Position numbers and translations under genes: made by a program
In this document: positions 26,001 through 36,740 of the stretch, one piece after another
Layout of the letters: every line of letters starts with the position of its first letter
Numbering within the stretch: the first letter of the stretch is position 1
Assembly (NCBI GenBank): GCA_002633005.1
Contig: NMRA01000919.1
Coordinates: forward strand, 1 to 64,000
Reading direction: 5' to 3'
DNA length: 64,000 bases
Source of the DNA: Phoronis australis
Taxonomy: Eukaryota > Animalia > Phoronida
The notes under the pieces: generated by a model
What the model saw: only the letters and a program-made list of their open reading frames with translations
What the model was told of the DNA's origin: nothing
Database searches by the model: none

Positions 26001-27682
26001 CAAGACAGAGACCTAATACCTTCCCCTTGAAAGGAAAATGTGACCTCAAACGACTTCAAGCAACTGTCAGTGAGCGCATGCCCGCATTTATCATAAGTGG
26101 GGGGAGATTAGAAACTATGTGGTAACCACAGAGTTTTTCCTTCGCGCGTATTTCAAAAATCCTGAATTGTGATTGATTTTTTTTGTAAATTTCTTCACAG
26201 GAGAAATTGAATTTACATTGTACTAGACGTTGCGAGAGAACGCTTTCGTCAGGAATTGTTTAAAAATGTTTTTGGCGACCTTTCGCGTCCCATGCCTATT
26301 TAAGTGATATCTTGACAACAGCCGTTTTAGTCGTGCCACGGTGGCATGTTTCACGGGAACCGTCCCACATAACCAGACGTTGATCTCTGCCATATGCTAC
26401 CCCAGCGCAACTTAAGTCCACTGATATTAAACATTCCAATATTCCTTTTACTAGTTATTATTCTAATGTGGCACAGCGAACACCCAGAATGTTGTCTATG
26501 TGGCACAGTTAGTCATTTTTTGTCCAGCTTGTTTTTTGCTCCATAAAATAAGCGACACAAATTGATAATCAAGGATCTCACACCGAGTGCTCTTTGATTT
26601 ACAACGGTTGAATTCACATGTGGTCATTGTACAGCGACCCATATTGGCGAAACGACTGGTCATTTAACTTCACGGATCCGAAAAACCGGGCCACTGGCAC
26701 GAATTCGATATATTTTATGTTCAGGGCAATACAATGCCACCATCCGGGGGCACTGTTTTGACGTAAATGACACCGAACCCAATGGTTAAGATTAAATTAC
26801 GGGAGTCAACTCAGACAACCACCAATAAATGTAAAGATTATAACAACGAATCCTTGTCAGTTTTGATTTGATTCGTTGTTGCTTCCGGTTCCTCTGTTGG
26901 AGCTGGTTAAACGTCTGAACTGTGGGTCGGTACCTATGAAATATCACGATTTAAAACAGTTGTTGTTTTCATTAAAGCTATCAGACCAGTAATGTTCATC
27001 TGTTATAATTATCTAGCTTATAGAGGGCGCGGAGTGCTTCTGGGTTTGCCTGATAAAAACATGAACACAAAATATATGTAGTGAAAGTACACATGACAAT
27101 AACAATGACAATAAAGATTTAAACGATAACAGTAAAAATAACAACGCTAATATAAATCGTATAGCCATAAATAACGATAATAATGCGAATGGGATTTTCG
27201 GATGGCAGAGGCATACCAAACTGATGGCGAAGAAACAAAACGAGAAAATATCAACGGTATGGGATATAATTCCAGAAATGTTCAGTCTAATCGATCAATC
27301 GGACGCGTAGAGAATTAGACGTATACGTACTAGCCTCGCTGTCTGCCCACATCACCATCAAAACCATCACTGAAAGTAAAGAAAACTCATGGTTAATACA
27401 ACCATAATAATATTCTGCGCTTCTTGGTGGTGCCTCGCGATCGCGTGGCAGCGGTTTTAGAGGTTGGGCTAAAGTGACGATGGAACTAATGCAGGTTGTC
27501 AATGAAAATATTTTAAAATTATGATCAGATTGGACTTTTTAATTAGGACTGTCATTGATAATCAATTGCTAAAATAACAATAACGTGGTGAAGTTTCTAA
27601 GCACTCACCATACATATATTCACATTCATCCACGATGACCAATAGAATAAAAACGGCTAAACCAAAGGTAAGAGGGACCCAT
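11995..27682 (-). CDS. Multi-exon gene: type I membrane protein, signal peptide-PLAT/LH2-TSP1-Ig-mucin stalk-TM (~485 aa)
   Basis: Eight exons joined manually through canonical GT-AG sites with compatible phases: 27682-27609, 25583-25445, 24168-24069, 22387-22282, 17140-16976, 16084-16001, 13758-13519, 12545-11995. Summed length is 1458 nt (486 codons) after removing one extra G in exon 1. Further exons inside the 17940-18893 gap cannot be excluded. Confidence 0.8.
13519..13758 (-). CDS. Ig domain exon B (strands C-G)
   Basis: C-strand ILWFK and F-strand DDTGRYNC (D-x-G-x-Y-x-C). Acceptor ttttttgcag, donor G|GTGAGT, 240 nt, phase 1-1. Confidence 0.88.
13915..14600 (+). mobile_element. Ty3/Gypsy LTR retrotransposon fragment: PBS + degenerate gag
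   Basis: TGACA, then TGGCGAGCACGTCAGG (resembles a tRNA-Arg PBS). Frameshifted gag: GQEMGLQGDDL, E/R-rich coil, KPKLPKFD, QGW...WA...YATLKRVLLKQYELTE*GFR. Confidence 0.8.
16001..16084 (-). CDS. Ig domain exon A (strands A-B)
   Basis: DGFLSRPQVKIGCPGGSVTFACAFDPA contains the G-x-S-V-T-F-x-C B-strand motif. Acceptor ttttgtag, donor G|GTATTC, 84 nt, phase 1-1. Confidence 0.8.
16976..17140 (-). CDS. Thrombospondin type-1 (TSP1) repeat exon
   Basis: [41 protein letters not shown]...ESCEPQTC shows WxxWxxW, CSxTCG, RxRxR and six Cys. Symmetric phase 1-1 exon of 165 nt. Confidence 0.95.
17665..17939 (-). mobile_element. Penelope-like element, GIY-YIG endonuclease C-terminus
   Basis: TCKKCSIQYVGQTQHNLQTRFRNHR...VGNHF...HNIQD...RLKREQYWIDKLNTIEPHGLN, open to the stop at 17665. 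Not in the ORF track. Confidence 0.92.
17940..18893. other. Assembly gap
   Basis: Run of N. Confidence 1.
18894..19391 (+). mobile_element. Penelope-like element, RT C-terminus/thumb
   Basis: IDDIFMIW...INKFHPTIKFT...SFLDV...K-x-TDKHQYL...SCHP...SLPYSLALRIRRICS, typical of PLE reverse transcriptases. Confidence 0.92.
19872..21765. mobile_element. Internally deleted Kolobok (KolobokP-like) DNA transposon
   Basis: TTAA|AGGAGAATGCCCCC ... GGGTGGAATTCTCTT|TTAA. A decayed THAP start on minus (~21330-21160: IVPACPN...FRLPREPEMLRK*L) converges on a plus-strand GYQFEPEYTDQEI motif (~21013). Confidence 0.6.
22282..22387 (-). CDS. PLAT/LH2 domain exon C
   Basis: VDIKNFNPGSPASWYRFPGNGWLFGNMSYQTLLRQ contains the PLAT C-terminal Y-x-F-P-xxx-W-L motif. 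Acceptor ttgtag, donor G|GTAAAG, 106 nt, phase 0 to 1. Confidence 0.85.
22985..23026. repeat. (TA)n microsatellite
   Basis: Direct reading. (AAT)n tracts also occur at ~121-155 and ~3814-3852. Confidence 0.95.
24069..24168 (-). CDS. PLAT/LH2 domain exon B
   Basis: LDNYTLPFDVGDVYKIQIKHDNSGQAPGWHLDY contains the PLAT D-x-G...I-x-HDNSG-xx-PGW-x-L motif. Acceptor tttttcttacag, donor GTAAGT, 100 nt, phase 2 to 0. Not in the ORF track. Confidence 0.9.
25445..25583 (-). CDS. PLAT/LH2 domain exon A
   Basis: YDFNIKTSDLPTAGTDAYVYVKLFGTKNESSWYRLPYEADEMEQG fits the PLAT N-terminal motif (T-x-D...AGTDA-x-V...L-x-G...E-x-G). Acceptor tttcag, donor AG|GTTTGT, phase 1 to 2. Confidence 0.85.
25760..26299. 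mobile_element. Kolobok-like non-autonomous element
   Basis: TTAA|AGGGGCCTGGAACGCGA ... TCGCGTCCCATGCCTAT|TTAA: imperfect TIR with TTAA flanks. Confidence 0.55.
27609..27682 (-). CDS. Putative signal-peptide exon 1 of the PLAT-TSP1-Ig gene (needs removal of one base)
   Basis: aaaATGG context and strong phase-1 donor G|GTGAGT. Deleting one G from ATGGG gives MVPLTFGLAVFILLVIVDECEYMY, in phase with the PLAT exon. As written, the ATG frame stops after 18 codons. Confidence 0.55.
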
Positions 27683-30600
27683 TTTTATCCAACAGTTGAA
27701 GTTTAATTATAATTTTGAAGGACAACAAAATGTTCAATATTAAAATAAAACCTCTCTAGAACATTGGAAAACATAGTCTAGAGTTTCTTTTATTAGTGGA
27801 TAAGAAGTTAGCTAAGACACAAAAATAATCAAAATTGCAGGTAAACTAAATTCACCGATCCCTACGTCATTTTGAAACTAAGGCTTAGAGAATTGGCAGT
27901 AAACCAGTATGGCATCAGTATTAACCGCAAAAATACTTTAGACCTGGCAAAATTGTTATTCCAAAAAATATTCGGATGTTGTTAGGCAAGAAACATAAAT
28001 ATGCACCACAATCAGAGAGTACATGAATGTGGATTTGACCAGGTGGTCATGTCGTAGATCGGTCAAATGGTTTCACTCGAAGTGAAATAATGTGAATTCA
28101 GGAAGCATACGGGTACTTTAATACAGCTGCAATCGGGCATCAAACACAACGTGCAAAACGTGGAGAATGGAGATCTACGTTATGCATGCATAGCGTAATA
28201 GAAACTCAACGAGTGGGTAAACGAAATCATTAACGAGCAAATAGACGAATCTACAAGAAACGTAAATGGGCAATACCATTTGTGATTGACGTACAATCAG
28301 AGAACATTTTGATCAATTGTGAAAAAATGTTCATCCTAAGGAAATAATTAATACAGCAATTGATTGGTCTCACTGGTAGCTTTCAAAGCATGTATCAACT
28401 TCCCCCCTATCTTTTATGACTGAGAAGATTGCCATTAGAGGGGTGTGACGGACGTACGCAGAGAATTTGATTTTTTTTAAAGTTTAACTTTAATTTTCTG
28501 TGAGTTGCATTCAGTTAAAATGTTATGTTTTATGTGATATTTAGTGAAATGTTTGCAAAGTACAACACACTAATTTTTTGATGATATCTTTTATGAATTT
28601 TTTGTCAGACAGCTCGACATAAGTTGAGTTAGTGTGACGGACGTACGTGACGGACGGACGATCTGAATTTCTAGTATTAAATTGTGTGTTGTGACTAAGA
28701 TATCAATTCAGAGTAATTCAAACTTTTGAAGTATTTAAGGTATATTTGTCTCTAACTCAATGTTTTCTTTAATTAAAATGTACCGATTGACCTTTTGCAC
28801 GAATCATCACAGGAAGGGTTATACTAGGAATATACTCTTAGGATTTTAACTTTTCATTACATTTGATTAAAGATATAAAACAATCACCTAAAATCTTCAC
28901 TTCCTTTTGAAGAGGGTAAGAATTATCGATGGCAATGAGAGTGATGATCATTTTGTATTTGACAGCTGTTAGTTATAAGGAACATCTGTTTTTAAGCGTT
29001 AAACAGAACACTTATTCAACACTAATCAGTAAATATGACAGTCAAAATATAAAATGTGAAATTAAGTTTAAAACATTACTAATCACTGTCACAAAAATGC
29101 ATTTTAATTAATTGTTTTTTTTTAATTAGAACTCGCCCTTAGTAGTTGTGTAAAATTATTCTCTGGTCCATGCTGTCGATGGTTCTGATGCATGCCCATG
29201 TAAGTACTAACTGTGATGTTTTTAAAGTATTAGTAACATGACTTCAGTATCTTCTTAAAACAAAGTGCGAAGCATATGGTTTAGTTGACATCATCGACTT
29301 TTGGCATTCACATTTTGATTCAAATCACCCGTGCTGTCTTCCAGTGTGAAAACAAGACATTTACATTTAATTGCATTTAGGATTATGATTTAGGAATATG
29401 TAGAGCTAACTTATCAGATGCTGGTTTCGATTTAGTGATTAAAATGAACAGGTTTCCATCCAGCTCTTCAACTCATGCCTTCTTTTCAAATTTAAAGAGA
29501 GCATTTAAATAATGCCACATCACAGTACGTGCAAGGACAATTATGAATTTCTTGATCCACGATGGCATTTTTTTCAAGTTTCAGAGAATATTCCAGCAGA
29601 TATTTATTCTTCTCCCGGTTGCGTCTGTTCTTCCCGTGGTCTCCAACAATTTCCTCTATCCTTTATAAATGCTAGTTTAATATTCTCGAAGCTCAGCAGA
29701 AAGAAATTTGTCTAATTCTTAAAAAGATTGAAGGATCAAAAATATGTAAGATGACACAATGCAATCATTTGCAATGAAATAATTTCATACAGGCAACCCA
29801 ATAACCCAATACACTGAAAAACACAAAAAGAGTGCCTCCAGCCAGTGAGGGTGTGACACAAACGTTCAATAAAGTAGGTGACAGATTCCTACCGCTTGAA
29901 AATTCCGGTAACGGCTTTTTCGACACAAAACACACCATAGCAGGTCGGAGCAGAAATAACATGTTGATTCCAGTGCAATAGCAACTTGACATGTATTCCT
30001 TTGGGTCTCCTGTTATTTGCGTATACTCTAAAGCACCTTAGGATTTCTTTTGCATGAATATTTTTGTATCTTGATTTTCCCAAAAGATACATTGTACCAG
30101 GAAGAGATAACCAGGAAGGGACAACTGTTTTAGCGCATTTTAACGTATTTTCAAAGGTGATTTCAAAAGTAAATGTTAAAGTAGTCTGAAATCCAAGCAT
30201 TGTGTTTGAAAGCTTAACTCTTTGGCTATAAAATGACACCACTTTTGTCCCCAAAGACTTCATATTAATGGCACTGGGATGCTTTGAACATGACTTATTT
30301 TACCCTTCCAAAAGATGCCTCTTCCCAGGCATGTACTCGGGCATGATCCTCTTTTTTGAACCAACAGATGTCACTAATATATGCAAATGAGGCTCGCATC
30401 GTCTACGTCATACGACGTCACTATGGCGCGAGCTTCCAATTTGAACCCTCGAGTGTCTATAGTGAATGACTTGAAACGCAGTTCTATCTGGTTGGGCAGA
30501 TCTAAGAAAATTAAGAACTCATACAAGTCAATGTTCAAAGAACATTGAATGGTTTCACATGAAAATACATTTAATTGTATTTGGATACGTTTGCATGTGT

Positions 30601-30720
30601 GTATGCGTGGACTTCGTCATTTTGCTTAAATCCAGATTTAGAAGCAGGTGTTAGTCAAGAAATTAGCTGCTCCCGCCACGGTGGCCGGTGTCGTGGCGTC
30701 GCCGGGAAGTCTGATCCATG

Positions 30721-30880
30721 CATGCGCAATTCGACGAACTAATGCTAGTCGCTGGTCAGCTCTGCTATGATTCATGCGCAATTCGACGAACTAAATGCTA
30801 GTCGCTGGTCAGCTCTGCTATGATTCATGCGCAATTCGACGAACTAATGCTAGTCGCTGGTCAGCTCCGCTATGATTCAT
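30721..30880. repeat. Tandem repeat, 3 x 52-53 bp
   Basis: Unit CATGCGCAATTCGACGAACTAATGCTAGTCGCTGGTCAGCTCTGCTATGATT. Confidence 0.95.
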
Positions 30881-32225
30881 TCGAGACGTGCGGCTTAACT
30901 CGAACCTATACCCGTGTTCTGGCTCCAAGGTCGTTTTTTGACCCAGTTTCGGGAAAAGTTCATTTTAATACGGTCATTTCCTGAAGATTTTTTGGAAAGA
31001 TATGATCCCGAAATCCTTGGCCTATAGAGCTGTATCAAAATTCCTTGTTGAAACACGGCCACTGGTCCAGCTTCTGCAGGGCGGCTGGGAAAATGAACGC
31101 GTGTCCCAAAAAATGCACACACTTCAACCCCTCAGTGCAGTTCAAGTTCTTTTCCCGTCAATCACTGTGCGCGGATTCTACTGCATGACTACACCTTATT
31201 TTTAACGTGGGTGCGCCACTGAGTCACAACGTGTCCAGCCTTTGCAGTGTGCACGGGAATGGCAAGCAAACGATTCGGTCTAAAAGAACCTAAATTCATT
31301 GCACAATACTGGGAACTACAAGCATCAAGGAAGTGCAAAGACAATCTTTCCAAATTTATGAGCAATGACTTGAACTTCTTTTTTGATCTACGGTTTGTAA
31401 ATTTTTGAATTTCATTAGTCTAGTTTTTAATTCAATAAAGCATTTAGAGCTGCCCCACATTCAAGAAATACCCCTGTTATCGTTTAGGGTCCTTCTTTGC
31501 GATATGGTGGTCAGATGATGGATCGAATTTTTGCCTTCAGGCTTCAACTAAGTTCAGTGACGCATCGCCATTTCTTACAAGACAGCTTCTGTGCTGTGCA
31601 CGAATGTTTTGTGTTTTTGATGAATTTGGAATCTCAACTTCCCCTCATGAGTAGTTGGTAGTGTCATGCCGGAGGTTTACAGAAGGTGCAGTACTGAAAA
31701 AAGTGAGGGCTAAAGCCCCCTCAGCCCCCCTGTAGTGCACCGCCTATGGACCACTGGAAAACTTGGACTGAATTAATACGCTCCGAAAAACTTTTGCTTT
31801 ACAAATTTTCTCGAATTTTCGAAATACATGTATGAATGATTAAGTGCACATTTTCAAGGGCACTTAGACGACCTATGCTGCAAAAACGGAGACCCAACAA
31901 TTGTCCTGGCCAGGGCCCTCAAATGGTAAGCCATACACTGATACCGAGTTGTCAATGTTCTCTTGAATTTTCGCTGTGATCAGTATTCGAAGTCTTTCTT
32001 TTTTGTCTTTCCCCAGCCTCACACCTTTGTCGGTTGCCATGGTTTGACCCTGAGGCATGCAATTTTTTTGGGGTGGCACTCGCCCTCCCCCCGCTTACTA
32101 AGGTCCTGATGCAAGGAGTCCATCGTTGGTCCAAGGTCAATGTTGTGTTTCAACACGCATTCGTTGTATAGCTTGAGCATTGAATTAAAGGTTTAAGAAA
32201 TACAGTATCAGTTTTGCGCGTTTAA

Positions 32226-33523
32226 AGGCGAAGGCAACCTTTTTTCATGTCATTTTTAGCAAAAATAAGGTTCGTTGATTATCCCAGACATATTTTTCAC
32301 TTATTTACTGCTTTTCGTAATTTAATTGATTACTCGTTGTCTACTCCGGAAGTGACGTTTTGGAAGGCAAGAATTTCGCGCCAATTTCTTTTCATATAGT
32401 CTGACTGTGAGAGCAGTCGAGTCAGTCATTGTTCTACCTCGGTTGTGATAAGTTCGGTCGTCGTTTGCTTTTGCTTAGGAGTCAGTCAACATGCCACGCT
32501 GTTGCTGCGTACTGGGGTGTACTCATTATTGTCTCACGTACAGAGTAAGAACTGTCCCACTTGCCCGAGTGTCCCGCGACACACTCCCACTGAAGAGTGA
32601 TCTGAGCACCCAAATTGCTTGCATCCCGCCGTGTGACTCCCTCGCCACACACCTGGCACCTTCCAAATAGCTCCAATACAAGTCCACAATAAACTTATCA
32701 AACTTAGGCTCACCGATCTGTTCATTGGATGACGAACTGTCCTCTTCACTGGGTGTCGAACTGGGCCTGTATTCACTCCCACTACTCAACATCGCTGCAG
32801 GACTGCTTACACGCTCTGGGCTCAGAGACAACAGCACAGGGCGAATCACTGCTAGTTTCCGAAATTGCACGCAATGGGGTACGTTCGGAGGCACGGGTGA
32901 CAGCAGATGAAGTGCCTCCAGTCAGTGTATATAGTGGCCACAGCTCCCGAGGCTTCTCGCTTCAAAAACGCAATTCTCGGGGTTGGCGACGGAGCACTGC
33001 CGGGAATCGACAGCGACGGTAAGGTACCCTTCTTAAGGCGTTGTTTTGCAGGGACCTTCATGAATTCAGCGTGCATATCTGTCATAATCTGACGGCAGAA
33101 AATGCTTGCCACACACTCGGTAACCCTCCACTGCTTTGTACGTTGCGTGGACGGGTAACGCTGCGTTCTTCACATGAACGAGCTAGCCAAGTACGCGAAG
33201 TGTGTCATCCTTCGGAAAGCGACGCAAGGTACCCAAAGCGCGTGTGAGACGTGGCATGTTGACTGACTTGTAAACAAAAGCAAACGACGACCGAACTGAT
33301 CACAACCGAGGTAGAACAATGACTCACTCGACAGCTCTCACAGTCAGACTATAATGAAAAGAAATTGGCGCGAAACTCTTGCCTCCCCAAACGTCACTTC
33401 CGGAGTAGATGACGAGAAATTAATCAAATTACGAAAAGTTGCAATTAAGTGAAAAATGTGTCTGGGATAATCAACGAACCTTATTTGTACTAAAAGTGAC
33501 ATGAAAAAAGGTTGCTTTCACCT
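32226..33523 (-). mobile_element. Kolobok-like foldback element with ~273-bp inverted arms and THAP/Zn-finger remnants
   Basis: TTAA|AGG...CCT|TTAA with arms 32226-32498 and 33250-33523. Minus-strand remnants: RFPKD, VCGKHF, RLKKGTLPS (THAP) and KFIV...ELFGRCQVC...G...WECVAGH...W. Confidence 0.85.
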
Positions 33524-36500
33524 TTAATTGTGCGTGTAAAAGGGTTTATAGATTCGTACTGAATTTGTTGCTGCAACTTGTCTCATGGGCCTGTATCCGG
33601 CACGTGACCACAAATGTGGACACTAATTCGGCTATTGCGCAAGTCGACTGTAGCAAGGTGGCCAGTGAAAATGTAAGGCAGTGACAACTCGCATTTCTAG
33701 TCTCTTATTATGAAAACCATTGAAGGCAATTACCAGCACCTGCAAACAAGAATTTGGAAGTATGGAGAATTTCAACAGGAGTTAGTTGTATACTTAGTCG
33801 CGAAGCTACCGACATTCCAGCCACGGTTACTGCCGGTCCTTTGAAGCAATTATAGCACATATATACGAATTTTTAAGAATGGCAAGGGTGCGTTTTGTGT
33901 TGACGGAAATGTCCATGGTGTCAAGGAATTTGAGGCATTTAATGATGAACAACACCTAGCAAAACTAACTTCCAAGTATGCATACTGTGGCGGAATTAAG
34001 AAATACGATTATGGCAGTGCTAACTGTAGCAGAACCACAAAGTGTGCTAAAATGGTAGAAAATTAGGCATAACATTTTTGTAGCCTGAGCAGATAAAAGG
34101 TTGATTGGCGCAAGAGAAGGCCGATGTCTTCAATGCTCAGAAAAATTTCGGCAGGCAAGAGACTTGCCAAGAAAACGACACAGTTGAGTCCGGGCATTCT
34201 AAAGGAAGAACTGCAGCCAATTCCAATTATTCGGTGCAACTTCTCTCACCCGACAGTGTTGTTTCACGATACCGCAACCTCAAACAGCGTCAAAGAAACG
34301 AAACGCGGAGGATGAGATATTACAGAGTATTAATATTTATTCTTGGATACAGGTGTCCACCTCAAAATTAATTTCCCACGGCCATTCTTTATGCCAATAG
34401 CAATGTTTTCGTCAACTGAAGAACAGGAATCATAGACATCCCGCACGCTCCGTCTATGGTTCTGACACTTCAAACTTTTGTCAACACGACATGTAGCCGC
34501 AGAAAGTTTGATGTTGACCTCATTCTAATCTCTGCAATCCACTGTCAGGGGACGAAAACAATTCAAAGTCCGCTCCTCGAAATAGGGCTTGCTTAGCTGG
34601 AATTCAGAACTGCGGTCATGAGAGTGTTTTCACCTCCTGATTGCGAAGCGATCGAGTGGTATCTTCATCAGCGCGTGCTCTCAGTGGGAGGTCACCGCTT
34701 TATCCACTCAAGCGCTCGACCAACAACTGACGAGAGTCTCAGAACTCCCACATGCAAATTTGATATGCAAATGAGGGAGTACTTGACTACTGCGCCATCT
34801 ATACATCGACGGAAAAGCTTAAATACCCGTGACTGCGTGTGGGAAGTTGCGATTGAGTGCTCTGAAGTCGATATTTTTAAAGTACAATTACACCACTGTT
34901 TAAGGTTGCAAAGTGAGTTTTTTGATATCCTTCTACAGAAAAAGCTTTAATCTCACTGATAAAATCATCTGTTTTCTTTTAAACGAAACTTAAGTCCTGA
35001 AATTAGACCGGGGAAGGAGGCCAAAAACGGCGGTTTAGCTAGTTGTCCCTTCCTGGTTATCTCTTCCTGATTGTACGCATTCCTTTACTAACACGGGGTA
35101 CCAACAGAAAAACAACAACTTAATTAAATTAACATTTTGTTTTATTTACATTAGTGGTCCAAACTGTTTGATTTTAATAAGCTGAATTCTACTAATAATA
35201 ACTAAATGAAATTGTAAACTATAACTTTTCTGCAAATACTTCTGAAATTGAAAAAAATCAATGAATTTAGTTAAAATCTGTAACAATTTCTTCACTTAAA
35301 ATTAAAGGTGCCTTTGTAATATTTAATCGTTTTAAGGTTCTTACGTGTGAGATACATTTCAGCTTATGCAAGCTTAGAAAGTAAAAATATGACCTAAGGT
35401 TATTTTTAATGGCTGAAAAATTTCAATTTCATGGGTGAGATGGACGTACGGGACGGACGTACAAATTTGCTGTACGTCTATCATACAATTTCTGACTAAA
35501 CGAATAATCCCAGGGATGAAAAATTTTGGTCAATAGTATTGAGCAACAAATTAAAAAAGAATCTGAACTTATTTTAATTTGAGAATCTGAAATTATTCTA
35601 ATTTTGATTAAAAACATTTAACGTAACTAAACTTTTTAACACTTTTGTGATGGACGTACGGCATCATGATATCCAGGAATTGACCTTTGACCCCAAAAGG
35701 TCAGCGATGTGCCAAAGTTGAAATGTTATTTTTTATAAAGTTTGGGGTTCATGCACAAATTTGATAGTATCGTGAAACCCCCATAATTAGCTTTTTTACG
35801 ACAATAATTAGCAACACACATGAAAATCGAGCTAATTTTCTGGGTGAAGTGACCCCAAAAAATGGGTCCATTTAGACAAAAAATTGAAAGTTATAGGACA
35901 GTCAAATGTGGTTCCTGAAACTAGCGACAATGGGTTTTTAGATGAAACCAGAAATGTTAGTGTAACCACACTTCTAATTTTTTGTCTCGAGGTTGACCTT
36001 TTCACGGAATTGCCCAAATATAAATTGAAACTGACGCTGCATACATGTATGTAAGGGCACCAAGTACACACAGTAGTAGTGTCTCAACCAACCAAGCCTA
36101 TTGTCAACAAGTGTAAAACAACTGAACACACATAAAATGTTCTAATGATGAGGTCCTAACCACCTTTCAAAATGTAATCGCCGTACACAAAATATTCCTT
36201 TTGAACTCAACATATTTTAGCAACAGCAGCGATGAGCTGAAACTTTCCGTTTCTACAAGTACATTAGGTCATCAGAAAGTTGAAACTTTCTCGCTCGCAT
36301 GTGGCTGAAGCCGTACATCGTTAGTGGGATTAATTAAAAGCTTGCAAGTGTTTTCATCCCATTCAAAGTCGGTTTCTATAATTCATGAATCGACAAATGG
36401 CTCGATTCTTTCGTTGCTCAAGGGTTTCCATTTGCAAGTTTACTTGAGGATATGGGTACAGTACCTGTGTAATATTTAATTGTGTGGTGCAGACAGCACC

Positions 36501-36674
36501 TCACTCTCATTGTTGTCCCAATTATGTTGATACATATTTAGTTTATATTATAACTATATTTTTCCAATACCATTTTGTGAGCAAGACTTCCAATAGTCCC
36601 TTTCTTATCAGAACCGTATAGAAAAACAGTATTGTTATACTGAATAGCTTCAATACTGAAGATATACATCTAAC

Positions 36675-36740
36675 CAGGAAGTCATTACCAGGAAGGGACA
36701 AGTTACTGTTTTGGCGCATTTTAACGTGTTTCCAAATGAC
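36675..36740 (+). mobile_element. Solitary left end of a diverged member of the 30098 P-like family
   Basis: CAGGAAGTCATTACCAGGAAGGGACAAGT followed by CTGTTTTGGCGCATTTTAACGT, matching 30098-30150. No right end found. Confidence 0.7.

Larger units (their letters stand above)
30098..35069. mobile_element. P-superfamily-like (Galileo-type TSD) DNA transposon, 4972 bp, non-autonomous
   Basis: Perfect 29-bp TIR CAGGAAGAGATAACCAGGAAGGGACAACT with 7-bp TSD ATTGTAC on both sides and CA..TG ends. Only decayed coding-like remnants (~33700-34065). Confidence 0.85.
28268..36015. mobile_element. Sola1-like non-autonomous DNA transposon (outer layer of the nested stack)
   Basis: AAAT|GGGCAATACCA ... CGGAATTGCCC|AAAT: 4-bp AWWT TSD and short imperfect TIR. 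TGTGAYGGACGTAC-type motifs occur in both halves (28444, 28633, 35436-35462, 35646). The superfamily is inferred from ends only. Confidence 0.6.

Noticed and set aside
30721-30880. Repeat arrays here and at 59834, 60450 and 62385 as CRISPR-like
   Set aside because: Head-to-tail units with no unique spacers, in eukaryotic DNA without cas genes.
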